From Microbotryum violaceum (lineage: Eukaryota): 64,000 nucleotides of DNA. Below are positions 49,501-62,300 of this stretch, piece after piece. The translations under genes were made by a program, and so were the position numbers. How positions within the stretch are numbered: the first letter of the stretch is position 1; every line of letters begins with the position of its first letter. Location: assembly GCA_001244265.2 (NCBI GenBank), contig CDLV01000004.1, forward strand, positions 2,790,001 through 2,854,000, written 5' to 3'. The notes under the pieces were generated by a model. It did not search any database and was not told the DNA's origin. It saw nothing but the letters and a program-made list of their open reading frames with translations.

Positions 49501-50093
49501 TCCCCAGTGTTCGGCAAGACAGGGGACCCATGAGCCGTCGCCATCGTCGTCGAGGGCCAATGATCGTCAAGACCGTGTTCAGTAGGGATAGGAGAGGGCC
49601 ACTGTGTCGAATGATGAGGTGATGACGACCATTTCGACGGTTGCCTTGGAATCGTACGCGAGGACCCAGCCGAGACCGAGGGTGAAGCCGAACAGGCGTA
49701 GCCTTGGCACGATCGTAGCCCGACCGAACTACCGGCCGTAGCGCTGGTGAGGATGGGCGACGACGGGTACGGTTCGGGAAACAACGATGACATGCCCAAT
49801 AAGGGTGACGAATTGGTCGAATTCGAAGAGGTCGACGACGGGCATGAACTTGGAGACGTTGGGAAGGCGTTCGTGCGAGGTGATCGTGTGCCAACGACGG
49901 CAGTTGAGGTGGAAGCGTCCGTCGTGGTACGAAGTGGAGGCGCATCGCTGCTATTGTTGGCGCAAGGACCGTCGTCGTGGCCGTGCCAGTGGCTGACGCT
50001 GTGTTCGTTCGCGTTGGCGGTGCTGAGGCTGTTAGTACGTGTCATGCCAGCACTTGTAGGTGTACGAACGGACGGGGGTTGTAGGCCTGACAT
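46598..50093 (-). CDS. Hypothetical Ser/Pro-rich, largely disordered protein (~1100 aa, 3 exons)
   Basis: Exons 50093-48580, 48488-47084 and 47011-46598 splice in frame through GTGAGT donors and CTGA(T/C)...ACAG acceptors, joining the 505-aa, 457-aa and 79-aa ORFs. No recognisable domain; repeated GKAARILG/GKAARLLG motif. Confidence 0.78.
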
Positions 50094-51464
50094 GTAGGCT
50101 CTCCATTCGTTGTCGTAGTGGTTGTAGTGAAGCTAGAATTGCCGCTCCCCCACCGCCCGCTTGGGTGTCGTCCTTCTGCCGCCTCAGGGGGTCGGTGCCA
50201 CTCGAGACTACCACTGACGACGACGACCGTTCACTCGGACTTGAGACTAACCGGCAAAGACGAAGCAGCACCACTTGTCTCAGCACCTGTGGGACCGTTT
50301 GGCGGTCAAGTGAACCGTATCAGTCGATCGTCGATCGGAGCTTGCCTCTTGCTCTGTCTTTGGCGACATCGAACCCACCTTGGATGCTGTTGGCTGTAGA
50401 AAGACCTCCGAATCGAATGCGCCCGTTACGATTTGAGGCGCGCAGACCGGCAATCGGCTCGGCTCGATGATCCGCTGAGCTGCAGTGCCTTGTCGCCGGA
50501 TGACCGACCGACCGGCGACGACTAGTATTTGCACTTGCGTTCCCCGATGTATCCTCACTAGTCGCAACAAGGGCGAAAGAGCTGGCAGATCACTTCACGA
50601 ACCACTCGAAGCAAATGGAAACGGGACAAAAGCTGATGAAGAGATGAACGACGGGAGAAGGAAGAAGGCCCGTGCGCACAGCCGACCCGAAAGCGGCGGG
50701 CTTCCTTTCTCGAAATGAGCGCATCAAAGGGGAGTCGGCCGGGTCCGTCTTGTGCTGCGAGACACCGAACTTTGCAAGGAAACTTGCTTTGAGGACCACT
50801 AGGTATTTTTCTCTTCGTTCTTGGTGAGTTTTATTACAATCGGTTCGTTCGCTACCGCCTGTGTCCTAGAGCTCATTCAATTATTCGGCCAACTTAAGTG
50901 AACCGCGAAAATCTGTGTCTCCGTTCGATAAGGTAGTAGAGACCCTCACAAGCCTCAGACAGTCGATTACCACTTCAGCTTCAGTGTGAAGCCTTTCGGA
51001 CGATCTTTCTAAACCGCGGCGGTATCACCTACTCATCCCAGGAAAGGCGCTCTTCTCACAAGCTGATGAGGCTCCGAAGCGTTTTTCGCTCGGTTTCCAG
51101 CTCGGTTAACGGCCGTTAAATCGGTCTAGTTTGTGCTGTTGAACTACATCACTTGTGGGCGGAGATGGACTATAGTAGTACCCCCCGCAATACAGAGTAT
51201 CTTCACCTACTCTCTCCCTAGCTTCATGTCCTCCCTCCCACTCGATTCTAATCGAGCGTATGAAGTCGCTTCAGCTCGATTGAAAGACGACCCCTTTGTT
51301 GGGGCGGTACCGGTGCTGGGGGGCGCCCGAGTTGGCGCACTTGAGTTAGCGCACCGCGCGCGCGTGAGTTGGCGCACTTGAGTTGGCGCACTTGAGTTGG
51401 CGCAATCAGGCGCGCCGCACACGGCCATCCCTTGTCTTCATGCTGCAACGTGCCATATCCTACG

Positions 51465-54400
51465 ATGCAACTGCTGTCACGCTTCTTTCGAAAACGAAGC
51501 GCCGATAACGCGGACGACAAAGACGTCGGCACCTCGGCTACGACAGCATCGACAGCGTGCCAGAACGAGATCGGCCCCTGTGTCGACACTCTACACAGCG
51601 TGAACACCCCGAGCCAAGTTCAGGCCGCGAAGCGCCGCTTCGATGAGCTTTCAATACATAATGATGAACAGGATACAGGATCGACTGCAATTGTTCAGTC
51701 GACCAAGAAGCCACGAGGTCGACCCCGTAGGGAAGACGGAGGAGGAGAAGGAGGAGGCGGCCATAGCCAAGTCCGAGAGAGCAGCACAGCAAGCTGCTGA
51801 AGGAGAACTTGATGATGAACGTGCAAGACAACTCAAGGAAGCGGAGCGAGCTAGGCTAGAGGCCGAGCGAGCGCCTCAACGCCAACTCATATTTGACGAG
51901 CAGAGTCAGCGGATGCAGGTCAGTTGTGAAAGCACGATTTGCGATAGATCAGTGGCATCATGTGTGTCAAAACCTGTTAGGCATGTGGCATTGACGTCAG
52001 AAATGAAATGTGCCGCATCCTTCCATACAGCTTCCCCCTGCAAAAGTATACACTGTGAGCCGGGCTACATTCCCGTCGCCCGTATTCCTTCTGACTATTG
52101 CATGTCCGTGGCTCCGGATCTTAGACTCAACAACTCTCAACTTTGCACCGGCAACAACTTCACCCCAAACTCCGTTTCCAGATGGCTCGTCTGCCATACC
52201 TTCCGCATCCGATGGTCACAGTCTCGACCAACCCCACGTCGCGCTCGATTCCGACGTCGGTCGGATTGGCATTGCCCGACGATTCAGACTCTTTTGACTC
52301 GGATCCACATTCGAATATGAGTGAAGCAAGCGCAAACCCCGCGATCACAAACCTTCAAACTGCGCATCCACGGACCTCTCCTCCCCGCGAACCAATTATC
52401 ACTGATGATGATGCGCTTTTGTGCGATGGGGGAGGTGGTGATCCGTTCGATGGCGACGAGGAAGATGATGGCGGTGTTTCCACTAAAGCTCAAGGTCGGT
52501 GGGAACACCCGGCCTGGTTGACCGACCTCTACAATTCCCATCGGGAGACGATCAAGCACGCAAATGGGTCCGGCGCAAATCGTTCCAGCAAACCCTTCCA
52601 CCAAATGTTGCATGGCTGGCTCCCGACTAAAACCATCTGGAGTCGATTTTACGATACCCGGTGCGCCCGGCAGAACCTCAAGATCTTCGACCCGCCGTTT
52701 TTTTATTGGGACCCGCTGATGTTATTGGGCCAACCAGAAGACGAGCCGGCAGGATCCGGCTTAGTGTGCGACAAATGCCAGCAAACTGAATCGACTCTGA
52801 AGAAAGGCGTATTGCGACGAGACGGCTTTCTTGGCAGGCCTCGTCGAGCATGCGATCTCAACAACTCGGTGTTCCTCATTGGGATCTCGTATCGATGCAA
52901 CAATAAGCAGTGCAATAAACGATGCCGGTCTTGGTCGCCCGAGGTGCTCAATCAACTGTCGTTGTCGCTGCATTCGATGTTCCCTTTCCACCTGTCACAT
53001 CGACGCGCTATCACCTCGGTTGTCTGGAACCTGATGCGAGGAGTCTTCCAATTCGGATTTGGTTCAAAGCAATTTGCGAACCTATTGGTCACGGCACATC
53101 GCGCCGCTCATGACCGACTCGAGGTGGACTATCGATCGGCAATCTTGGCGCGTGAAGCTGACATGCCATCAACTAGCTTGTACCCTGCTCTCGGGGACTG
53201 GGAAAATCCGACGGGTAATTGCGGCCACGTACCGAATTCTCAGGTTCTTCAGGAGTTCTATGATTCCGTGATGAGAAAGTGAGTGCTTGGTTGGATGTAA
53301 CGTTACGTAGATGTCGTGTTTACTGATTATGTTCTGCTGGTCTTTCAGACAAGAAACGCTTCTCGGTCATGCTGAATTGCTAAAGCCCTGCAAAATATGA
53401 CCATCGATCACAGTTACAAGGTAATGTTAGCTTAGCAATCGCGATATTGGGTCAACATTGAGTGGACGCGTACTGCAGGGAACCCACAGCTGATTGGTAC
53501 AATGACACATTGGCAAACGGAGTAGCATCGTTCGAAGCGAGGGGTGATCGTCCATGGGCGTGACTGCACGGCGCTTGGATGGAGAAGCGAAATCAAACTT
53601 CTCGAGCATAGTGCGGACATACTTGCTTTGGTGAACGAGGATGTAATCTTTGGTGCCATGAATTTCGAAGCCCAGGAAGTAGGAGACGGGTCCGAGACGC
53701 TTGAGCTGGAAGGCCTTGTGAAGCGATCCGAGCTCGGAGTCCAAGAAGGACTGATTGTTGGACGCAATGAGACCGTCGTCAACATAGAGAGTGATGATAG
53801 CAAACGAAGTGCCCAAATGTTTGATGTAGAGGCAAGCATCGGCAGTTGCCCTCATGTAGCCTCGAGACACCATGAGATTGTTGACGGCTTGATACCATTC
53901 ACGGGGCGCCTGTTTGGTGCCATACATGGAACCCACAAGCTTGAGGCACTTGCCAGGGGATTGAGGATGATTCCATCCTTTTGGGTATTGAACATAGACA
54001 TCCTCGGTCATCTTGCCATTGAGAAAGGCGCAGTCGAAATCGAACTGTTCGAGATACAGGCCCTGAGCAGCAGCCAGAGCAATCAAGAACAAAATTGTCA
54101 AAGAACGAGCGACAGGAGCGTAGGTGTCATGGTAGTCAATGCCTGGGCGTTGAGCAAATCCTTGAGCAATGAGACGAGCTTTGAAACGAATGATTTTGCC
54201 ATTTGCATCGCGCTTAATACTGTAGGCCCAGATCGTGCCGAGTACCCGAATTCCTTCGTGCCACTTGACTTCCTGAAAGACTCCATGATGATCAAATTGT
54301 AGAAGTTCTGAGACCATTGCCGCACTCCAATGGTTGCAATAGGGTGACTTCATGGCTTCCTCGAATGTCTTGGGTATCTCGATGTCTTCTTCGGCGAACA

Positions 54401-57400
54401 CGGCAGCACAGTAGGCATTGTAGGAAAGCTTGTCGTGGAACATGAGTGGAGTATCCAAGACATCGACCATGATAGCCGAAATGATGGGAAGTATATTTTC
54501 CGGAGGTTGAGGTCAACGACGAGAACCAGCAGGAAGGATGTTGGAAGGATCAACATTCTTGAATTGGCCAGGATTTGGACCAGTGCGAACAATGGCGTTA
54601 CCTTCACAAGGAGCGAGAGCGACTTCCGCCTCACCGTCGAGTGGTTCTTCTGCGTCATGATAGTTATCAGGTCCATCGTCGAGTCCATCGTTGTCGTCAT
54701 TGTCGTCATCCTTACAAGGAACGACTGCAAGATACCCCCCCTGTTGACCAACTCCAATTGGAACCACCGGAGGAGGCTGTGAATCCGGCAAAGTTGGATC
54801 CACAACAGGTGAAGTTGGTGTAGACGGCAACACATCTGGCGGAGGATGAGGAGGATGAGGAGGTTGAGAATGATGAACGGGATCAGAAGCGTCCGCACGA
54901 TCTTGAGACGAAGTGACGACGGAAGGAGTCTCAAGGAATGTGACGTGATGCGAAAAACGTAGACCTGTTTCAACGATTGGACCCAGACACGGTAGTTGTA
55001 TTCACCGGAGTACCCGATGAAAACTCCCTGAATGGATTGAGGTGCAAGCTTGGAGCGACGCTCCTTGGGAACGTGGACAAACGCCGTAGATCCGAATGGC
55101 TGAAGATGAGCAAGACTAGGCTTCTTGCCGGGAAGAACTTCGATTGCCGTTTTTCCTTGAATACGAGGATGTGGTCGACGATTGAGAACAAATGTCGCGA
55201 CGGCCAGAGCATCTGACCAGAATCGCATGGGAAGACCGGAGTCGAGGAGCATTGATCAAACAAGACCCATGAGAGATCCATTGAGTCGCTCTACTTGACC
55301 ATTTTGCTCCGGAGTATAGGGGGCCGTGAATTCCATGATGATGCCATGCTTTTCAAGAAGAGCCCGGAACAATGAGTTGTCAAATTCACGACCATTGTCC
55401 GATCTGACCCTCTTGATTTTCTGACCCGTTTGACGCTCGGACTCGGCTTGAAATTTCGACCATGCTTTGATAATTGTCTCAGCCCTCTTGTCCTTTAGCA
55501 CGATTGTCCATTTAGCCGTCGAATACTGATCCACGATAGCGAGATAGATAGTATCGCCATGGTGATTGGGATGTTCGACAAACCCGAGATCGATGAAGAC
55601 GCGGTAGAGTGCATGAGGCGCTTCGGTACTCTTGTTGGAGAAGGGTGATCGCTTTGACTTGGCCTGGATGCACGAGAAGCAAGGAGTAACCTTTTCGTCC
55701 TTCAGAGTGATGCCAGTGATAGCCCCGGATTTGACGGCCAAAACGATCGCCGCAGGAGATTGATGGCCCAACTTCCGATGTGCTTCCATCAACGTACAGG
55801 TTCCAGTGAGACGATTGGCTCCGACCATTGAAGGCGGTGAAGATGACATGATAGGCTGAACGGGAGCTGCATCCATGACAAACCCCCGACCAGGAAGCGA
55901 GCGCAGAATCGACTTGCCGCGGATGCTGAAAATGAGATTGCTTTGGGGACCAACAACGTACGTCATCGATTCCAACAGACGGTCGATGGAGATAAAACCG
56001 CATTGAGCACCGGGCAGGTAGTAGACCCTCTTAATGGTGATACGAGCGCCATATGAGGTAAGAAACGTCACTGAGCCATGACCGGGAGATTCGATTTGAG
56101 ATTGATCGGCGACAGAAATTTTGAGAGGCTCAGAGACAACGTCCGATAGGACCAACTTGTCTCCAACGCAATGGACCTTAGCACCCGAGTCAATGATCCA
56201 TGGAAAACGTGGCACCGTTCGCGAATAGGGGAAAGTGTAGGTCATCAATGCAGATTCATCTACACCAATGGCAGCTACGTTCAAATTTGAGTCCGAGGAA
56301 GCGGGAGCGCTCGCATCCTTGTTCCTGCTTGGACAGAGACGCCAACCACGCTCGTGTCCCAGTGCTTTGCAGCGCGAACAATACGACTTGGAGTAGTCCT
56401 TTTGCGCCGTGGTGGAAATACGGGCGACGAGGCTAGTATCGTCAACAATCCGAGCGGATAACGATTCCTTTTGTTTGTTTCGGGAATCAGCCATTTCGAC
56501 GTTCATCAGGAGTTTCGGATAGAACGTGTTCCAATCCATGTGGATGTCGATGTCGGAGGCAAGGTTCCCAACAATCGAGTCATACTGGGCTGGGAGCGAC
56601 CGAACGAGCATGCCTGCAAACAGCCAATGCGGAAGCGGAGCTCCGAGGTTCTGAAAATCGGTCATGGCGATCTTGACCTTGTTGACGAATTCCTTAAAAG
56701 GAATATCCCCAGAGTAAGGTTGCGCTAGAGTGTTGAGGAGGTCCATAGTGCGACTCGGGCGACCGTGAGAGTGGAGACCACGGAGGGTGTCCCACATCTC
56801 GTACGCCGAGGTAAGATGAATCAAGTGAGACATCTGTTCCTCAGAGATCGAATTGGCGATGTACTTGCATGCCAAATCGTTGCGGCGGATGGCCCGTTCG
56901 CGATATTCCGCGACCTTGTCCGCAACTTGAACGCTGGTGAGCCTGGGCGAGGCGTCCGAGTGCGCAGAACCAGAGCCCCCCCCCCCAAGCCCGCTAAAGC
57001 CGGAGGAGGCTGGTTCAACTGGCGCGACGGACGCAGTTGCATGTGCGATAACGAGCGTGGACCGATAGTCCGCGACAAGGGAGTCGATGGATTGATTGAC
57101 GACATCCTATACTTTGTTGGCTTGAAGATTGATAAACGCACGTTGTGACTAGCTCTTGTACCCTTGTGTGTCCTTGAGATACAAGCGATTGCCCGACCCG
57201 TTGGGGAAGTCGGATTCGCCCGTTGAGCTCATAACCTGTTGCAACAAGGACTAAGAGGTACCCACGACTCAGCTCCGAGATACACGAGTGAGATGATGAG
57301 AATAGCGTGGAGAAGGAACCCAGAAGGAAAAAAGACGCAAAGACAAAGATAGGCGCGCGCGCAGAATAAAGTATTAACCAAGACTAATAGCAATGAGTTA

Positions 57401-58368
57401 GGCTCTCAGACCCCACTTCTAACAGCCCTATCACGTCGAGCGCGGGACTCTGCGTTTGGAGCCCGTCAAGTGGTCGCCACGGAACTTGCTGCAAAACAAT
57501 ACGTCGGCGATACAGCATATGCAAAGCCGGCTGCTAACCAATCGCAAGCTTCGCCACGACTGGCTAGCGGAACGTCAGGGTGTTCGATTCGCTGTATTAC
57601 ATGTCCATACACCCAGCGAACGAGCGCTATACAGATATCTCTCAAGCAAGATACGACTGGGAGCTCCGCAAAATCTTCGGATATTGGAGATTACCGAGCT
57701 TTGGAACAAGTATGCCAACGGAGTAGACATCTTTTACAAAGTATGTCGCGTCTGTCTGAATGGTGATGTTAAGCTGAAGCGCAATTCTCACACAGATGCC
57801 AGAGCACATTAATACATGGGCATCAAGATGGTCGTCGCTGGCAAATGCTCAAGCCACAATGAACATGGGTGGGAACGACGTCAGAGTGATTCAAGCTTTG
57901 CTTACCGACCCCTCCCGCGGTCGTGATGTTAGCATGCTAGCGGCTTAGCCATTACTTGGTCACAAACCGCCAGTCTTGGGGAGGCTTACGGAGATAGAAG
58001 TCGATGCCTCAGATCCGCCAACGTCATCCATCCGCCCCTTTGTTGCAACTGCCTCGAGCGACGCTGGTTCGAGCGCGGACTTGGGCACGAGCAGCGCTTT
58101 GACGCGCGCGGGTACCACAAAAGGGGCAAGGCACTGTCGATTCCGTGGTCAAACTACTTGTCGACTCAAGGGGTCAAAACTACGCGATGACGGATCGGTG
58201 ACTGGGTGTGAAGGGGCGTGCTTGGACTGCGGAAAGCCTTTCGGGCTGACAGACGAGATGGATGCGAACGACCCACAATCACGAAGGTTCTGTAGAGGAC
58301 TGACAAGGGCTGAGAGGAATGGCCGAGCTCGGCATCAAAAGAAATGTCACAACTTTGTAGCTTCATAA
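51465..58368 (+). pseudogene. DUF6729-like putative transposase, interrupted and partly deleted by copia C3
   Basis: FFYWDP...CDKC...GRPRRACDLN..FLIGISYRC...C...RSWSPEVLNQL...FPFHLSHRRAI and TIDHSYK (53399-53420); resumes after 57424 (FAVLHVHTPSERALY...WN...GVDIFYK) and ends in a Cys-rich C-terminus. Confidence 0.7.
53434..57424 (-). mobile_element. Ty1/copia element C3 (different family), 3'-truncated
   Basis: 5' LTR 57237-57424 (TGTTAG...GCAACA); PBS GGTTATGAGCTC at 57225-57236; CSRCKALGHERGWRLC, WIIDSGA, VRSDNGREF, PEQNGQVER, RT LYVDDGL. RNase H and 3' LTR are absent. Confidence 0.94.
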
Positions 58369-58411
58369 TACCTGTAATATGATGTATATTGTCAAAATGA
58401 CTCCTTCCGTA

Positions 58412-58626
58412 CCACTTCCTCTCTTCCTCCTGTTTCACCTCCCCCTCCCTCTTCTTCTCCTTCTTTCTCTTCCCCTCCCTCTTCTCCTTTCCCCCTTTTC
58501 CTTTTTTTCTTTCCCTGTCCCCCCTTTTTTTTCCTTCCCCCCCATCTTTTTTTCCCCTTCTTTTTCTTTTTTTTTTTTCTTTTTCTTTTCTTTTTCTTTT
58601 CTTTTCTTTTCCTCTCCCCACCCCCC
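58412..58626 (+). repeat. ~215-bp polypyrimidine (C/T) tract
   Basis: Almost exclusively C/T on the + strand, just inside the right end of the DUF6729-like element. Confidence 0.95.
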
Positions 58627-59398
58627 GACATGGGTACGGGCCCCCTTTGTAGCATCGTTCCTCCCGGCCCGGGCGCTTTGACGCGGCGGCGCGCCTGACT
58701 CTACTCGTAATCTAAGTACTTTAGCATTTTGGCTTGTTTTCTTGGGGTAAATTTATTCGGTCATACGACTTTCACTTGTGAGACAGAGGATGAAATCCAT
58801 CTGTCAGGACCGACGGTTTGAGCTCGGACCTCCTCCATCGCCTGAAGGATTTCGTTCCGCTCCTCGAATTTTGTGAAAGCTTGATCGATTCGGATCCCAA
58901 ATAACTCTGCGTGCCGTTCCTCTGATCCTCTGATAAACCCCCTTGGAGAAACGAGTGTGCGGTCGGCGGCCCGGCGCTGAACTCGAGCCGCATCTAGACC
59001 AGCGGAAGTGGCGCTCGCCGAGTCGCCGTGGAAGCCGGTGCAGAATGGGGGTGATCAGGACCCCCGAAAGCCCAGCCATAGGCAGCCCTCTAAAAACGGC
59101 CTTTTTCGAGGCAATTTTTTTTTCCAGATTTTGACTGAAAATGTCCAAATATGAGGGTCGCCTAGCGTTGAATAAATTTTGAAACCTACTCTACAAACTC
59201 TACAATGCTCAGAATTCTTTCTGCACTGCGCGCAGACTGCGTTTTCGCGGTGCGCGGGCCGGAAAGGTCGCGCGCGCGCACACCAAGAGCGCCGCCAGCG
59301 CTCCGGTCCACACCCGCCCCGCCGCGATCCACCGCCGCGCTTGATGGGCCAAGCTCTGACAAAGCTTATCGTCATACGAGCATAAGCCTGGCTGACCT

Positions 59399-62300
59399 TC
59401 ATTCTTCATCATTGTTAACGCCCTTCGTCTTCGTCTGTGAACGACCTCCTGGTGCAAGACAAGCAAGGGATGCTGCTCGAATTCCTTTGATGTTCTGCAA
59501 AAGCCTGTACCGTTTTTCTTGATTGACGGTGATGTGAATTTCCCGTTCATCACGCCAGTTAGATCGTGTGGAGTCCTTGACCTCGTAGTTGATGCTTGAC
59601 AAGTCCGGTTCGAGCGAATTTATGATACAGCGCCCATCGACTTGACGAATGCGCGCGTTGCCCCGATAAGACAGGATGGAGTAAACTCCCGGAGCGATGA
59701 CACGTAGCTCTTGTAACACGGCATTTGCGACAAGAGCAAGAGAGTCAAGACTTTCAACACTTTCGTAAGTTGTGCTTGACTTCTTGTAAATGTTCCTCAC
59801 TGCAGGGAAGGTGACAAGTAAAATGCGCAGTGCTAGTCAGTCATGTGAAGTTTTCCCACACAAGTAGTAGTTTGGCATACCTATCCCGATTGCCAGTCGT
59901 TCCCCGCATTGTTCACCCGAAGGCAAACCCATAGGTTCTTCTGGGATTCCATACACGACCATTGTGTCCACCTTGAGAGAACGGAGTGCAGACACATCAC
60001 CATCAACAGCTCGGACGAGTACGTGGTTCGACATGATCTGACCATAGACCTCTTGTCGTCCTTTCATTTTGTCCTGTGGCGTCGGAGTCAAACGTCAGCG
60101 CAGGAAAAGGCACGCCCCAGCTTGGGTCATGATACATCACGAATCAGCGACTAACGTGAGATCGTCCCTCGGTGATGATCGCAGTTGTCGCTTGCTCGTG
60201 CAACGTCTTCTCCCGGATATTTGCCCCTGAATTGCTGAAGCGAAGGTTCCTCTCGTTCCCCACAAACTGTCGATACCTGTCCATTCCCATCGTCTCGACT
60301 ATCCGTCGAAGTGCGGCAGAATGCACGTTGCCGCGGTGCTCGGTTCGGTCTTGGGCAAAGGGTTGATCTGACGCTACGTTCTGCGCGCCACCTTTAAACT
60401 TGATCTCCTCGAGGTGTCGGCATTGGTGTGCACGTCGTCGAGCGAGCAAGCTGTCCAAGTCGAGTGTGGGGACAGAGTAGAGGGCCCCCTTCTCTAAAAG
60501 ATGACGCGGGTACGGGGGCGCTTCCCACTGGTTGAGAACATGGGTCTGTATCAGTAAATGCATCGATCAACCGAAAATTGTGTTCACTCACGGATTGCTC
60601 ATGCTCATGGCATGCATCGGCCAGGATTGTTTGAAGCTGTCGATCTTCTTCTTCTGCATCGGCTTGATCGAAGCCAGCATCAACAGCATCGCTGAGGGTT
60701 CAATATACGGTTGTTAGTGATCGTTTGTTGCTCTCAAACACCAAGCTACGTACATGAGAGCTTCCTGGTCAATGTCAAGCGCAGTCACCGAAAGAAGCGC
60801 GCTCAAAATCGCGTCGCGTTCCTCACGTCGCAGAATACACGGTAATGGCTCGGATCCGATAAGACGGAGACGATCGAGGACTTGGTTCAGACTAGCCTCG
60901 TCCACGTTCGGAGGGACACCTTGGCGAACGGTCGATGTTGCCTCATCTATCGAGAGCAAGTTAAACGACCTGTAAGTGTCATGTCACTCGCACAAGATGA
61001 GATAAGTGAAAATGACTGAGACTTAACCATCGACCAGGATGTCAGGGAGAGGAGCTTGCTTGCGTTTCTCGATGTCCCGTTCCTCGATAATGTCCCACAT
61101 GCGAAGTCCTTTGAGAATGTCGCTTGCCGCAAGCGCAGCTTTAACAGCGATGGCCTCGATGTCGCCATCGCCCGGATAGGTACCGAGCGCAGTCAAATTG
61201 AGGTTGTGCAGGTTTTGGTAGGTGTGATGGTAACCTTGCGCGGAGCCAGCCGCATCTGTGCCAAGTTGATGCATCGCACGCTGTAGTACCTCGACTTTGG
61301 CATATGACTGAGGAAAGGATAGCCATAGATAGATTCAGTCTTGCAAGTGATTTGTCAAGGAGGAAGACGTACTTGGAGGAAGTCCAGAGCATCAAACTCC
61401 TTCACAATCTTGCGCAATGTTCCAAAGAAGTGTTCGACCATCTCGGTCCCGTGTCTCCAGGGAATAAACGCCTCCTGCGGCCAATAGTTCCGATAATTCC
61501 GAACAAGTGCTATGTAGCCTTTGACCACTCGATAGATGCCATCCAGTGTCTGAGGACTGAGGAAGTTGTTGGGAGAACTGCGCGGTTGGGACTCCGCAAA
61601 TTTCGTCCATCCCTCCAGGGCATAACGAACGGTCAAGAGCATAAGAACCCGTTCAGCATGTGGTAGCTCGCGATTTTGAATTGCGTCGTGCATCTCGCCA
61701 AAAAGGAAGAGTATGATGACCCCTTCTTGATCTATTTTGCCAACACGCGCGAGCCGTATGACAGTGTCAAGTGTCTCAAAACCAAAGGCTCGATGTGTCG
61801 CATTGTCGTCTTGTCGATCGCGGCGAAGCACATCTCGTCGATACAAAGTACGAAGTTCCGTAGGCAGTGTCGTATCAACTAACTTCAGGAGATCCGGAAA
61901 AGTGAAGCATCCCATGCCGCCAATGATGCAACGCGCACCTGTGTCGAGGGCGTTTCAACAATTCTTGGCGACGTGTTTTTCATCGCGGCAGAAGACGACG
62001 GGTGTGCCCCCCATTAGCGCCGATCTGATGACGATTGCGGAGAAGATGTCGTTGCTCTGTGGACGAGGTAGAATGTATGTGCATGATACCGGTGATGGTT
62101 CAATCTCGTTCAAGCGCTCCATTGTCTTACGTTGAATAACGCCTTCTGTTGCGGCCCCATGGGCGGAGATTGATACCAGCAAGTGTGCCACTCCGAAATT
62201 CACGAGGAGCTCAAGCAAGCCACCGAGCTCCTCCGCGGCGGCAGTGGTGTCAGTCTTCTCGCCGATAACAAAAGCCGCAAGGAGTCTTGCTGTCGAGCCG

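Larger units (their letters stand above)
51301..58642 (+). mobile_element. Putative DNA transposon encoding a DUF6729-like protein; imperfect TIR, ~9-bp TSD
   Basis: Left end GGGGCGGTACCGGTGCTGGGGGG versus right-end reverse complement GGGGCCCGTACCCATGTCGGGGGG; flanks CCCTTTGTT (51292-51300) and CCCTTTGTA (58643-58651); GAGTTGGCGCACTT subterminal repeats at 51329-51403. Confidence 0.65.

Noticed and set aside
58166-58681. K/R/E-rich and F/S/L-rich ORFs
   Set aside because: Translation artefacts of the polypyrimidine tract.
58652-59398. GC-rich segments as the TIR of the P-like element or a separate MITE
   Set aside because: Only weak inverted similarity (GGCCC...CGCGGCGG); the partner end lies outside the window.
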